Shown here piece by piece: positions 11,721 to 25,114 of a stretch of 64,000 nt of DNA. The stretch is from assembly GCF_036365525.1 (NCBI RefSeq), contig NC_090404.1, positions 44,463,544 through 44,527,543 on the forward strand, given 5' to 3'. The stretch comes from Heterodontus francisci (Eukaryota). The translations under genes were made by a program, and so were the position numbers. Position 1 is the first letter of the stretch. Every line of letters begins with the position of its first letter. The notes below the pieces were generated by a model. It did not search any database. It saw only the letters and a list, made by a program, of their open reading frames with translations, and was not told the origin of the DNA.

Positions 11721-13317
11721 TAAAAGCAAAATACTGCAGATGCTGGAAATCTGAAATAAAAAACAAGAAATACTGGAAATACTCAGCAGGTTTGGCAGCA
11801 TCTGTGCAGAGAGAAGCAGAGTTAACGTTCCAGGTCAGTGACCCTTCTTCAGAACTGGCAAATATTAGAAATGTGAAAGGTTATAAGCAAGTAAAGCGGG
11901 GGTGTGGCAAGAGATAACAAAAGCAAAGGTGTAGATAGGACAAGGTCACAGAATAGCTGACCAGAAGGTCATGGAGCAAAGGCAAGCAACATGTTAATGG
12001 TGTGTTGAAAGACAAAGCATTCGTACAGATAGGATGTTAACAGACTGAAAATTGAACAGCCGCAAGTACAAACATGAAAAAAAACACTGGGTAAGAAAAC
12101 TGTACAAACTAAGATGAAATATAATAAAACAAGCAGAAAAAAATGTATAAAAAAGAAAAAAGAAAAAAATAACTAAAAATAAAAGTAAAATGGGGGGGGG
12201 GCGGATTGTTGGCCGTCATGCTTTGAAATTATTGAACTCAATATTCAGTCTAATCGGCGAATGAGTTGCTGTTCCTCATCCTTGCATTGATGTTCACTGG
12301 AATACTGCAGCAAAACCAGGACAGAGATGTGACATTGAGAGCAGGGAGGAGTGTTGAAATGGCAAGCAACTGGAAGTTCGGGGTCCTGCTTTCGGACTGA
12401 GTGGATGTGTTCTGCAAAGCAGTCACCCAGTCTGTGTTACATCTCCCCACAGTAGAGGAGACCACATTGTGAGCAGCGAATACAGTATACTACAATGAAA
12501 GAAGTGCAAGTAAATCGCTGCTTCATCTGAAAGGAGAGTTTGCGGCCTCGGATAGTAAGGAGAGAGGAGATAAATGGGCAGTTATTACACCTTCTGTGAT
12601 TGCATGGGAAGGTGCCATGGGAAGCGGACGATGTGGTGGGGGTAATGGAGGAGTGGACCAGGGTGTCGTGGAGGGAATGATCCCTTTGGAATGCTGACAG
12701 GGGAAGGGAGGGGAAGACGTGTTTGGTAGTGGCATCCCGCTGCAGGAGGCAGAAATGGCGGAGGATGATCCTTTGCATATGGAGGCTGATGGGGTGGAAA
12801 GTGATGGCAAGGGGAACCCTGTCGCATTTCTGGGAGGGAGGGGAAGGGGTGAGGGTACAGGTGTGGGAAATGGGCCGGACACGGTTGAGGACGCTGTCAA
12901 CCACAGTGGTGGGGGGGGGGGGGGGAATCCTCGGTTGAGGAAAAAGGAAGACATATCAGAAGCACCATCATGGAAGGTGGCATCATCAGAGCAGATGCGT
13001 CGGTGACGGAGAAACTGGGAGAATGGAATGGGGCCCTTACAGGAGGCAGGATGTGAAGACGTGTAGTCGAGGTAGCTGTGGGAGTTGGTGGGCTTATAGT
13101 GGATATTAGGAGACAGCCTATCCCCAGAGATGGAAACAGAGAGGTCGAGGAAGGGAAGGGAAGTGTCAGAGATGGACCATGTAAAGGTGAGAGAAGGGTG
13201 GAAATTAGAAGCAAAGTTGATAAAGTTTTCCAGTTCTGGGCAGGAGCACCAATACAGTCATCAATGTACTGGAAAAAGAGTTGGGGGAGGGGAGCATTTC
13301 CATTTCTTGTTTTTATT
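11721..13317 (-). mobile_element. Penelope-like element, 5'-truncated, with decayed 16-bp TSD
   Basis: RT YIDD, GIY-YIG 'VVYCIRCSQCGLLYCGE'; flanks tgagatccgaaacaaa (11705-11720) and tgaggtcctaaacaaa (13318-13333). Confidence 0.88.
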
Positions 13318-14474
13318 TGAGGTCCTAAACAAATCTCTGTGGGACCCACTGGCAACATTTCCCCAGATCAATGACAATGCCGATATCACGAGCCTTTGGG
13401 GATTATCGATCAATCAATTACAAATCGATTTTAAAATATTTTAACAGATCCCCACTTTATTTATTTACAGTCTCATTCTTTCCAGAGCAGGTTTACACAT
13501 AAGTGCAGCACACCCATCGCCTTAACCTTATCAAGATCCTCTGTCACACGCTCGAAGAAAACGAGTGAACTATGTCGGCAAATGTATCCCATTCATGAAA
13601 ACATATTTTGAGATTATATTTCTTTCCAGATGCTCCATGAATTACCTTTAATAAGGGTTTCCACAGTTTTACCCAAACATTAAAAAAGGCTTAGATCTGC
13701 TTTTCACTCCCCAGACACCTCGCCACTGTTCAATAATTGCTTCTAGATTTATGACGATTATCAATATGCCCCTATTTCCAAAGGATACTGGGATGCATCT
13801 CGTCCATTCCCCAACATGGTTTCATCTTCAGTTTCCACAGCTGTTCGACAACCATGCTGGTGGGTATGCGAATCGTGTCACAACTGACTCTGAAAGGTCC
13901 TCTAGTTCCCATTTCCTGATAAAATCTATTATCTGTCCGCTCCTTGGAAAAAACTGAGGCAAAATAGTATTTAGGTTGTTTTCAGCCTGTGTTGCTTCAT
14001 TCCATCCAGTGTTTCAGTTTTTCTCTGAATGTTACTAAAAAAAACAATTACCGACCTTTTCTTTGCTTGCTACATTCATTTTTTCATTGCTACCTCTCTG
14101 TTTTTTTTTACACTCTAGGCTTCCCTTTGATATTGAATTCATCTTGATTATGTTGCACTTTCTTTAATGTTCTTACATTTTTTTTCTTCCTTGGTACTTC
14201 TGGCAGCATAACTTTTAAGGTGATGGTAGCACAAAATGCTTCCCAGCATATCAAGGGGCAGTCATTAGAGAGTGGTATATCTGTTGATGAAAACGCAACT
14301 TGTTTAATCATAACAGACAATTAGAGAATTGATGCTAAATTGCTGTCAACCACATATTGATGAATAATGTAAATTCATTAAATGCTTACCTTAAATTTAG
14401 GCAATATGTGATTAGTTTGAATTTGACTTCACAAAAGTGGAGAAACTTGCCAGTGGCATGGTAAAGGATGGCTT

Positions 14475-15730
14475 TAGTTCTGCAATCGCTGGTTCCCCTC
14501 CCTCTCCTCCCCTGAAAATGCTGACTCTGACTGGGTTCAATTCTGCACTCACTGGTGTTACAACCGAGGTGGGAGGAGAGCACTGTTAATCCAATCCCAA
14601 CTCTCCACAGGTCACAACATTTATTTAATGTTTCCCACTTACCGAAATTCTATTTTTCCACCAGTATAAAGAACACCAACGATAAACAGCAATATCAGTT
14701 TATTATAAAACAGGTTTTAAGAAATAATGAAGTAAAACATACATACAAATGTATGGAAGAAGTCCTTTGGTTTGGCGAGGTGTCCCAAAGATAAATAGGG
14801 GGCTGTCAATGGGATCTTCGTCGAACAGTTCTTTCCAGGCAATGTTGATGATTAGTCTGAGTCAGCTTTCCAAGAGATGCAGCACAGAAAGCTCCAGTCA
14901 GGCTTTGCAGCAGGAAGCAGCAGCAAAGATTTTGTTTAGGTCTTATAGCTGTAATGTAGCAGTAAAGGATTATTCAAATACAGTAAGAAATAGTAAACAC
15001 TTGATGCAGGAATTCTTTTCAAGAGGGAACGATATCAGCTGTCTTCTCCTGGCAAGTACACAGCAACTGACTTTTTGTAACTGTTCAAAATGAAACCAGA
15101 ACTATTCAGATGCAAGTCCTGTGACATCTATAAATCTTGGCCTTTCACACCTTTGCAAACATTTTTCAAAGTCACATGCACAACGCCTGCTGGGTTATTT
15201 GGACACAGGCGCATTCCAGTCTATTTAAATTTCACTCAGTTGCAAACACTCTGTTGACCTTCCTCTTCACAGCAAAAACACAATGTTTAGCAATCTCCTG
15301 TTGAATCAGTGTCCAGAATTCAAATATAAGTTATTGAAAACATGTTTTACAAAATAAACAGAAGAAATCTCGTATAACTGGTTCCTCTTCCTCTCCTCTC
15401 CTGAATATGCTGACTGACTGGGTTCAGCTCGACATTCCCTTATTCCTCACCCTCTCCTGTCCTGACGGAGCTGACTCTGTCTGGGCTCTGTGATACACTC
15501 ACTGATTCCCCATTCTCTCCTCTCTTGAATGTGCTAACTCTAAATGGGTTCTGTTGTACATTCACTTGTTTCTCTTGTTTCTCTTGCTCTCCTCTCTTGA
15601 AGGTGCTGTCTCTAGCTTGGCTCAGTTCTGCACTCACTGGTGCGCCCCTCTTCCTCCTCTTTGGAAGGTGCTGACTGTGATTGGGTTCAGTTGTACTATT
15701 TCCACGCCAGCTCCTCCACTGAAGGCTTTG
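14475..15730 (+). repeat. ~60-bp degenerate tandem repeat interrupted by a solo LTR
   Basis: Recurring 'gctgactctgactgggttcagttctgcactcactggttcccctc' units at 14475-14555 and 15378-15730. Confidence 0.75.
14556..15377 (-). mobile_element. Gypsy solo LTR, 4-bp TSD CTGG
   Basis: Begins TGTTAC; CTGG on both sides; homologous to 31508-32606; far terminus is mutated. Confidence 0.75.
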
Positions 15731-15999
15731 ACACATAAAAGGAAACAATAGCAAAGGAGGAGGCCATTCATCCCTCTATCCTGTTCTTCCATTCAATCAG
15801 ATTGTTTATGATCCGTATATTATCTTCAGGTACCTTCATTCAGTGACCATTGATAGCTTTGTCTAACGAAAGTCTATCACTTTGTTTGGAAATGTTCAAC
15901 AGACGCCACCCCCCACCACCAACCCCCCCACACCCCCCCACCCCCACCCCCCATCCCCGGCCCATCTCAACAGCTTTTTACAGGAGTAGATTACATTAG

Positions 16000-17960
16000 A
16001 GGTAATTATGTTAATAGCCGAGTAATCCTGATGATCTAATGATCTAAAGACATGACTTCAAATTCCGCCAGTGAAGCTAGGGAATTAAAACTGAATTAAG
16101 AAAATAAGGCTGGATTAAAATAAACACAAAACTATGGGAATGTCATTTTAAAAAACTGGTTCAATAATGTCCTTCAGGAGAGGAAATCTGGCTTCCTTAA
16201 CCAGTCGGGCCTATATGTGACTCCAAATTGTAATGCAGTTAACACTTCACTCACCTCTGAAATGGCCCAGCAAGACATTCACTTGTGCCACATTTCAAGT
16301 GAAAGCATAATGAGAATAAAACCGGACGGTTCACTGAGCTTCAACCTGGCCTCGGATTCGGGCATGACAACATCAAGCATAAAAAGCAGGGCTACGGGGA
16401 GAGGGCAGGAAGGGGAATAGCTGAGTAGCTCTTGCGGACAGACTACACAGACAAGACAGACAGAATGACCTCTTTCTATATTGTAAAGGCTCCAGGGTTC
16501 CATGCTTCTATTATTCTTCACTGACACCTGCGGACTGATAGCAAAGTTGGGAAATCTGTCTCACAGTCTGGCCACAGCAGCACAATGTTATACAACTGGG
16601 AGCAATTGGCCCTGGGAGTCCATAACAGTAACACTGGATGCCTCAAGTCGTCTGGAATCAGGTCACACTTAGAGTCATAGAGTCATAAAGAGATACAGCA
16701 CAGAAACAGGCCCTTCGGCCCAACGAGTCCGTGCTGACCATCAACCACCCATTTATACTAATCCTACATTAATCTCATTTTTCCTCTCACATCCCCACCT
16801 TCCCTCAATTCTCCTACCACCTACCTACATGAGGGACAATTTTTACAACGACCAATTTATCAATCTGCCCGCAAGTCTTTGGCATGTGGGAGGAAATCGG
16901 AGCAGCCGGAGGAAACCCATGTGGTCACAGGGAGAACTTGCAAACTCCACACGGGCAGTACCCAGAACCAAACCCAGGTCGCTGGAGCTGTGAGGCTGCA
17001 GTGCTTGGAAATGAAAAATTCGTGCTTATTACTGTCCTCCCTGACCTGATGAATCGGTACTCCTCCACGTTGTGCACCAGTCGGAACAAGCACTGAATGT
17101 AGCAAGAGAACAAAATCTACTTCATATGGGGGAATTTCAGTGCCTATCACCAATAGTGGCTCAGTAGTAACAATACTGGCTGAGTCCTGAAGGGCATAGC
17201 TGCCACACTGGACCTGTGGCAGGTGTCGAGTTAACTGACAAGAGAGAAAAACGTGCTTGGCCTCGTCCTCAGAAATCCAGCTCCTGTAGATGCATCTGTC
17301 CATGCTAATATTGATTTGAGTGATGACAGCACAATCTTTGTTGAGACATTGTCCTGTCTCCATCCTATTGTGCAACACTGCCACCTTGCTAAATTATGCA
17401 GAGCGAGCAGGTCAAATTGAGCATCTATGAGGCCACGTGGGCCATCGGTAAGAGACGAATATTATTGCACCACAATTTGACACCTCATAGTCTGGTATAT
17501 CCCTCATGCTATACTACCATGAAGATAAAGAAGTAATACTAGTTAAATGAGGAGTGTAGCAGAGCATGCCAGGAGCATCACATGGCGCACCTGAACATGA
17601 AATGCCAACCTGCTGAAACAACAACACATGATGGCATGCATGCCGAACAACAAAAGCTGTATGCTATTGATCGTGCTAAGCAATCTGACAACCAACAAAT
17701 CAAATTTCTGTAGTTGTCATATCCAACACTGATCGTGGTGGAAAATTAAACAACTAACGGTAGGGGGAGGCTCCATGAACATTCCTATCCGAAGTGATGG
17801 CGAAGGCCTGCACGTCGTTGCAAAATAAAAGGCTGGAGCATTTGCAACTATCATCAGCTAGAAATGCTGAGAGAATGATCCATCTTGCCCTCCTCCTGAG
17901 GTTCTCACCATCACAGATGCCAGGCTGCAGCCAAATTAATTCACACCACACGATATCAAC
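16000..17960 (+). mobile_element. Old, heavily decayed RTE-X-like element
   Basis: Patchy collinear similarity to 8260-9620; interrupted by a SINE. Confidence 0.6.
16672..17005 (-). mobile_element. HE1/V-SINE-type SINE, 5'-truncated
   Basis: Reverse-complement match to 42978-43310; tail repeat 'tagagtca'. Confidence 0.85.
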
Positions 17961-18144
17961 AAATCAGTCCGCAAGCAGGACCCTGAGCTTCCGGTTGCTT
18001 GCCATTTCAACACTCCCCCCTGCTCTCATGCTCACATCTCTGTCCTGGGATTGCTGCAGTGTTCCAGTGAGCCTCTTTACATCCTCCTCACTGCTCACAT
18101 TCCACACCGCACTCCCATCCCCACCCCCTCACTACCACCACCCC

Positions 18145-20245
18145 TCGGCCCCCAGCTTTGTGCCATCTGCAAACTTGGAAATGTTACATTTAGTTCCTTT
18201 GCCCAAGTCATTAATATGTATTGTTGAGCAAATGAGGCCGAAGCACTGATCCCTTCGGTACCCCACTAGTCACTGCCTGCCACCCGGAAAAATACCCATT
18301 TATTCCTACTCTCTGTTTCCTGTCTGTCAACCAGTTCTCAATCCATGCCAGTCTATTACCCCCAATCCCATGTGCTTTAACTTTACACACTAACCTCTTA
18401 TGTGGAACCTTGTCAGAAGCCGGCTGAAAATCCAAATATACCACATCCACTGGTTCTCCCTTATCTATTCTACTAATTACACCATCAAAGAACTCCAGTA
18501 GAGTTGTTAAGCATGAATTTCCTTTTGTAAACCCACGCTGACTCTGTCCAATCCCGATTATGCTTTCCAGGTGTTCTGCTATCACATTCTTTACAATAGA
18601 CTCTGGCATTTTCCCCAGTACAGTTGCAGGGCTAACTGGTCTGCAATGCCCTGTTGTTTTACTCTCTCTCCTTTTTTAGGTAGTGGGGTTATTTTCTCCG
18701 CCCTCCAATTTGGAGGAACTGCTCCAGAATCTAGGGAATTTTGGAAGATGACCATCAATGTATCCAATATATTCAGTGCCACTTCATTTAATACTCTGGG
18801 ATGTCGGTCATCAGGCCCTTGCGATTTGTCAGCCTTTAACCCCATTAATTTCCCTAGCAATGTTTTTTTTACGAATACTGATTTCCTTCAGTTCCTTCCT
18901 CTCATTAGACCCTTGATTCCCTAACATTTCAGGGACGTTATTTGTGTCCTCCTTTATGAAGACAGAACAAAAGTATCTGTTTAATTGTCCTGCCGTTTCT
19001 TTGTTCCCCATTATAAGTTCCCCGTTTCTGACTGTTAGGGGGCTGCATTTTTCTTCACTAATCTTTTTCTCTTCACATATTTATAGAAGCTGTTAGAGTC
19101 AGTTTTTATATTCCGCACAAGTTTACTCTCATAGTCTATTTCCCCCGTTTAATCAACCTCTTTGTCCTCCTTAGCTGAATTTTGAACTACTCCCAATCCT
19201 CAGACTTGCTGCTTTTTCTGTCAATTTTATAGGCCTCCTCTTTAGATCTAATACCATCCCTAATTTCTTTGGTAAGCCACGGTTGAGCCACATTTTCGGG
19301 TTTATTTTTGCATCAGAGGGGAATGAATGATTTATTGTAATTAATGTACAGGTTCTTTAAATATTATCCGTTGCCTATCCACTGTCAACCCTTTTAGGAA
19401 AGTTCCCCAATCTCCCATAAACAACTCGCGCCTCACATCTTTGTAGTTTCCTTTATTTAGATTCAGAACCTTAGTTTCGGATTCAGCTACTTCGCTCTCC
19501 ATCTTAATAAAGAATTCTATCATGTTATTGTCGCCCCTCCCCAAGGGACCCCGCACAACAAGATTGTTCATTAATCCTTTCCCATTGCACAATACACAGT
19601 CTAGGATCGCCTGTTCTCCAGTTGGTTCCTCAATGCATTGGTCTAAAAAACTGTTACGTACTCACTCCAGGAAATCCTCCACAGTATTATTGTTTATTTG
19701 GTTTGACCAATCTGTATGTAGATTAAATTCTCCCATGATTACAGTTGTACTCTTATTGCATGCGCCTCTAATTTCCTGTTTAATGCAATCCCTTGCATCT
19801 CCACTACTGTTTGGGGGCCTCTCGACAACCCCCACCCACGTGTCCTGCCCCTTGGTGTTTCTTAGCTCCACCCATACAGATTCCACATCATGATTTTCCA
19901 AGCCAATATCCTTCTGCACTACTGCATTGGTTTCCTCCTTCACTAACAATGCTACCCCACCTCCTTTCCCTTTTTGACTCTCCTTCCTAAATATTGAATA
20001 CCCCTGGATATACAAGGATTTTGATGACTCACTAGATAGCTTAGCTTTCTGCTGCAATAGTCAATACCGATTGAACGTAACTACTTCCACCTTATTGACT
20101 GCGAACTGCCACTGCTGGCTGCTTCTTATTTAACAAGGCTATTGACCTAACCAGCAGGTTTAAAGCCTCATTCTTATTATAAAATTTATACTGGACTAAA
20201 ACTTACCAGAACTTACCACGTGCACCAAATTTCCAAATTCACTCT
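18145..20245 (-). mobile_element. CR1 LINE (endonuclease and RT), degenerate, abutting the Gypsy RT
   Basis: ORFs with ESVWVELRN, KSQGPDDRHPRVL, VYLDFQ, SGVPKGSVL. Confidence 0.88.
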
Positions 20246-20254
20246 GGAAAATAT

Positions 20255-23200
20255 CTCTCATTCAGACAAACCGTCTCTTCTCAACTGCGGCCCCTCACTG
20301 ACCTTTGTGTAGGTTATACAAAATCGAGTTGACCTGTCAGTTTTAGGGACTAGAACTATTGGTGAGCTCAAGTTGCTTTGTCTAGATTCGATCAAGTAGT
20401 TTTCCTGTAGATATAGGATTTCTGCTTTCACTTGGGACTGTTTTAAAGGAATGGTTCCCCCTATATCCACATCATGTGTGGCTAAGTTTGTCCGTCCAGG
20501 CTTATCACTGTAGACTCTTTTAAATGTGTGAAAAATCTGGTTACGTCTTCACGTTGCTTCGCCTCTAAGTGCAAAAGCATGTTGTCTAAACTTTCGAGCC
20601 AATCTGCATTTGGCAATCTAATAGTTGGAGGATCAATTTGAGAATTGACTGTGCCTCCTTCTGCCTCATCCTCATTATCCTTTTCGTCCACAGTAGTTCC
20701 GATTTCCTGACATACCTGTACTAGCCTATTCTCCTCCCTGCGATAATATTGCTTTAACATATTGATGTGACACAACTGCTTCTGCTTCTGGCAATCAGGT
20801 ATGTCAACTCAAGTCACCTACCTTACCCACTCCTTTAATCATTCTATACGGGCCACTGAACCGTGATTTTAATGGTTCCCCTGTAACGGCAACAATACCA
20901 ATACTTCACCCCCTGGTTGAAAATTGCCGGTTTTTGCATTCTTCTCTGCCCTTTATTTTCATATTGACTTGGGATGCATTAAGGTGTTCCTTAGCCACAC
21001 CACAAGCTTTCACAAGCCTTTCCTGAAACATAGATACATAGTCCAGTATCGAAGATTCATTCTTTTGTTCCAAGAATCTGTCTTTTATGAGTTTTAGAGG
21101 ACCTCTTACCTCGTGTCCATAAACCAGTCCGAAAGGACTGAAGCCTGTAGACTCATTCGGTGAGTGTCTGGTAACAAATAAAAGAAAGTGTAGTCCATTA
21201 TCCCAGTCATGCAGATATTTGTGACAGTATGTTTTAATCATTGGTTTTAAGAGTTTGGTGGTCTCTCTCCCTCTGACTGCTTGCCTGGGTGATATGCTGA
21301 AGATTTCAACTGTATAATGCCCAAATTGCCCATGACTTCTTGAAATATCTTTGACATGAAATTAGAAACTTAATGCGATTGAACTTCAAGTGGAAATACA
21401 GATCTCATCAAGAATTGGGTTAATTTTTCTACTACTATTTTAGAAGTATTTTTCCTCAAAGGAATGACTTCTGGAAATCAAGCAGCCATATCCATGACAG
21501 TAGTTATGTTTTGATGTCCTGCTTTTGTTTTGGCAAGAGTCCTACACTGTCTGCCAATGCCCTGCTGCATGATATGGGAGCTATTGGTGCGGATTATATG
21601 GTAGGTTATGGTTTTGTCACCATTTGACAGGTATGGCATATTCTACCAAATTGTCTCACATCCTTTGCAAGACCTGGCCAGTAATAATGTTGGCTCATAA
21701 GTGATTTGGTCTTCCAAATTCCCCTATGTCCTGCAAAAGGAATGTCACGTGCTAACTTTAATAATCCTTGGCAATATTTAAGTGGTACCACTATCTTACA
21801 GTTACAGTTACAACTGTTCAACAACTGTCCACACTTTGTCTGCAGGTCGATGATGCAGTCTCCTTTCCACCTCAAAACTCGTTTGCCATATTATAGCCAT
21901 CCGGAACTCCTTTCACCTCAGCTTCTGTCAGAGCTGTCTGTGCTGTTCTGCATATTTCTGGATCGGTGTGCAGTGCTGCAATGATAGACAATTTGCTAAA
22001 CTTCTCATTTAGATTATCTAAATCCCCAAATACGGTTTCAGATGCTTGGCTATCTGTTCATGGTGCCACTTTTACCTCCAACAATGGAGCCTGTTTAGCC
22101 ATTGCTCAGGTGAATACACGCTCAAGAAATATTCCCAGAACTTGTTCCTGTAATTGTTCCATTCCTTAATTGCACTGGGTTCCTCTGCAGTTGAAGGAGA
22201 AACCGATACTTTTGGTCCAGCCAAATAATTTCCTCTGAGTAGATCAATTCCCTTTCCTGGCAAACTGTGGACAACTCCAGCAGTTATTATCCAAGATATT
22301 AAGTCAGTCACTAGGTGTGCTTTATAAAAATGTCCGGGTATGTACACCCCGCCAATTCCATTTACTAAAACTTTCACATTCAAGGAGCTCTCTCGTAAAA
22401 CCTTATATCTTTCCCCACAAGAGTGTTTGGTTTGCTCCCGTATTCCTGACAATAATGATAGTTTTTCCTGCCTCACTTAGAGGGTATGGAGTTACTTTCC
22501 CCTTTGACAAAAATTCATTATAACTTTCGTGTATTTTATTCTTAACCACGACACTCCTTTTAGTTTTATTATCTGGTTTTGCAATTGTTGTTGAAGCTAA
22601 GGCCTGGTCTGCTGTACTTTCAATAAGAGTCTTTTCCTCTGCACCAGTTTTTCATATTCCAACATCAGCTCTGTGTTCACCTCGCAATTTCCAGCATTCT
22701 GAACGAAGATGACCCGTTTTGTGACAAAGATAACACTTTGGCTTGCGAATCTCACTTCCACCCTCAGCACCTTCCTTTCTGACGTGAGGAGGTGATCCTG
22801 CGGCATTCCAAGCTGTTCCTTCTTGCACCTGGCTGCTGGCATATTTTCACTCTCCCACTTTCTATCCTTCTCAAACTTATGGGGATGAAGGACATAAGAG
22901 GTTGGTTTATTCACAAGCTCAAAATCATCAGCAATTTCTGATGCTTGCTTAGCTTTCAAAACTTTCAAGTTATCTACATGAGTTCTCACTAATGAAAGAA
23001 TGAAGTTTTTAAACTCTTCTAAGATAATCAAATCGCGATGGTTCTCATGTGTGGTTTGCATCTTTAATTCCCGTATGAAGCAATCAAAATTAATTTTATT
23101 CACCCTCTTAGATTCTACATATGCCTACCCAGCCAATGTCTGTAAGCTCCGAAAATTCTGGCAGTAAGATTCAGGGACTAACTCATACGCGGCGAGATTA

Positions 23201-23900
23201 ACCTTTCTCTTGCTATCTGATACCATGCAGAAGCCTCTTCAGCAATCATGGCATAAACTTCATGAGCTCTGCCGACCAACTTGCTTTGCATAAGCACTGC
23301 CCACCTTTCCTTTGGCCATTTCATCTGTTTAGATATTTTTTCAGAAGATATGAAAAATGCCTCTACGTCCCTTTCCTCGAACATAAGAAGAGATTTAATA
23401 TATTTAAGCAACTTTTCACTGGGTCCTGACCTGAATTTTCCCTGGATTCAAGAGAACCCTTTGTCTTAGTTCCATCTCTTTGAACTTAAGTTTCCTCTCT
23501 TCTCTTTCACTTTTTCTCCGAAATGCTCCCGCTTTCTCCTTTTCCTCCTTTTCCAATTCATGTTTTTTCTTTAATTTCTAACAGAATCCTAGCGACTTCA
23601 ATGCATCACTTGTAACTTATGACCTTCTTATCTCTCGTAATCCCCTCCTTCTTCTTCTTCTTCTTCTTCTTCTTCTTCTTCTTCTTCTTCTTCTTCTTCT
23701 TCTTCTTCTTCTCATTTCAGATGTTGGTTATGTTAATTATCTCTTCATTTTTGGCACCTCATGTCAATTCTAACACAATTTTGCTGCCAATTCCTTTACT
23801 TTATTCTTAGTTAAAGTTATCAATTTAGTGAGGAAAACATTCTGCTTTCCCAAAAACTCTGCTGAGACCACTAATGCCATTACTATGGTGTAGACTTATT
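20255..23900 (-). mobile_element. Gmr1-like Gypsy internal region (gag-PR-INT-RT order), degenerate
   Basis: Gag 'FEERDVEAFF..WPKERWAVLMQSKLVGRA'; CCHC knuckle CYLCHKTGHLRSEC (~22690-22735); protease-like RNTGA (~22440); integrase 21875-20900; RT start SPIVLVPK..RFC (~20350). Confidence 0.85.
23648..23711 (+). repeat. (CTT)~21 microsatellite
   Basis: Directly visible perfect run. Confidence 0.97.
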
Positions 23901-23947
23901 ATACAAGCCAGGCTTCTTTTGTTTCTTCGTAATTGCCGTTAAATTTA

Positions 23948-24204
23948 GATCCCAGCAATCGAGTTCCCAACTGATATGATCCCAGGCGCGAGATCATTTA
24001 ATATGATGCCAGACGTAAGACCCCAATTTATGTGTTATCCCCAGAAAGGAGCAATTCATATGATTCCAAAGGTGAGCCCTCCAAATTACTTTGATTCTGA
24101 TCACGGATGCAAGCTGCCAAATTAAAATATGATTCGACTGAGGATGAGCCCCCAGTTAAAAATATGTTACGACCGCTCATGACAAAGCCTCCAATCAAAA
24201 TATA
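23948..24204 (-). repeat. Tandem array of ~8 degenerate PBS-like units; best copy is tRNA-Pro type
   Basis: Minus-strand TGGGGGCTCATCC at 24154-24142 versus tRNA-Pro PBS TGGGGGCTCGTCC; units recur every ~27-40 bp. Confidence 0.6.
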
Positions 24205-24930
24205 TGATTCTGATCGTGGTGGGAGCAATGCACTGTCAATTCAGTCCCGTTGCTCCACAGTTCGCATCATATTTCTTTAAGCAGACCAAATCCAAGAAGG
24301 CAGCAGCCAAATTGAACAATCTAATAACCCCCAAATGAAGTGAACCAAATCAGCTATCTTTAGATATCAACAAATTAACTATTTATTTAAAATGAAAACT
24401 TAAACACTACTAAGATAAATCAATATCTAAAGACTTTATAACTTATTATTTGAAAATGTAACTCCCACATTCGCACACACAAACTAACAGTAGTTTGTTT
24501 TTTAATTAGCTGCCAGAAAAGATGGAGAAAAACAATAAAGTCTTTGCAGATTACACTTCTGACAAAGGATCTTCTAATACAACACAGTCAAAGTTGACTT
24601 GAAGTCTTCTAAGACCTGATGAATCCGAAGATCCTTCCAAAGATAGGAATTCAGCAGTTCAGTTCAGCAGTTGTTGTATTAAACTCTTCTTTTTTTTCCA
24701 GCGATGAATGCAGCAGATCAGTAATTTGTTGTGAGAGAATAAAAAACTATTTTTATTGCTATTTATTTAAGGAATTAATTTGGCTTGAAGCTTTTACGAA
24801 TTTTGAGAGAGAAACTAAATAAGGTTTAAATTGACTAAGAGAGTGCTCCTTCTTCCTTCACGTGCTGGAACACTCTGTCAACCGAACAAACCAGTTTTTT
24901 GCCAACCAGTTTTCAAGGTCGAAACGGATA
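24205..24930 (-). mobile_element. 5' LTR of the Gypsy relic (distal end uncertain)
   Basis: 'ggtgggagcaatgcactgtcaattcagtccc' matches the solo LTR termini. Confidence 0.7.
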
Positions 24931-25114
24931 CATTGAGGCTGTTCTCTCTCTATTTGTGGTTGCGGCCTGGCAACCAGAATACACTTCACAGTCTCCGGAG
25001 CTTGCTGCCTTAAAGATGCACTGATCGTTTGCAACCTTAATGGAGCACCAGAATATTTCCAGAGGAGGTGCAGGAGCTTGGCAGTGTTGATGCAGAATGT
25101 ATGAACATTGACAC

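Larger units (their letters stand above)
7830..14100 (-). mobile_element. Ancient CR1 relic in gene A 3' flank, split by younger insertions
   Basis: Pieces 7830-8246, 11206-11720 and 13318-14100 are collinear with the less interrupted paralogous relic at ~39700-37790. Confidence 0.65.

Noticed and set aside
15905-15963. C-rich tract (also the G-rich tract at ~30163-30208) as functional G-quadruplexes
   Set aside because: Low-complexity sequence, not near a promoter, and not conserved among the paralogous units.
23619-23810. Poly-Phe ORF
   Set aside because: Translation of the (CTT)n microsatellite.
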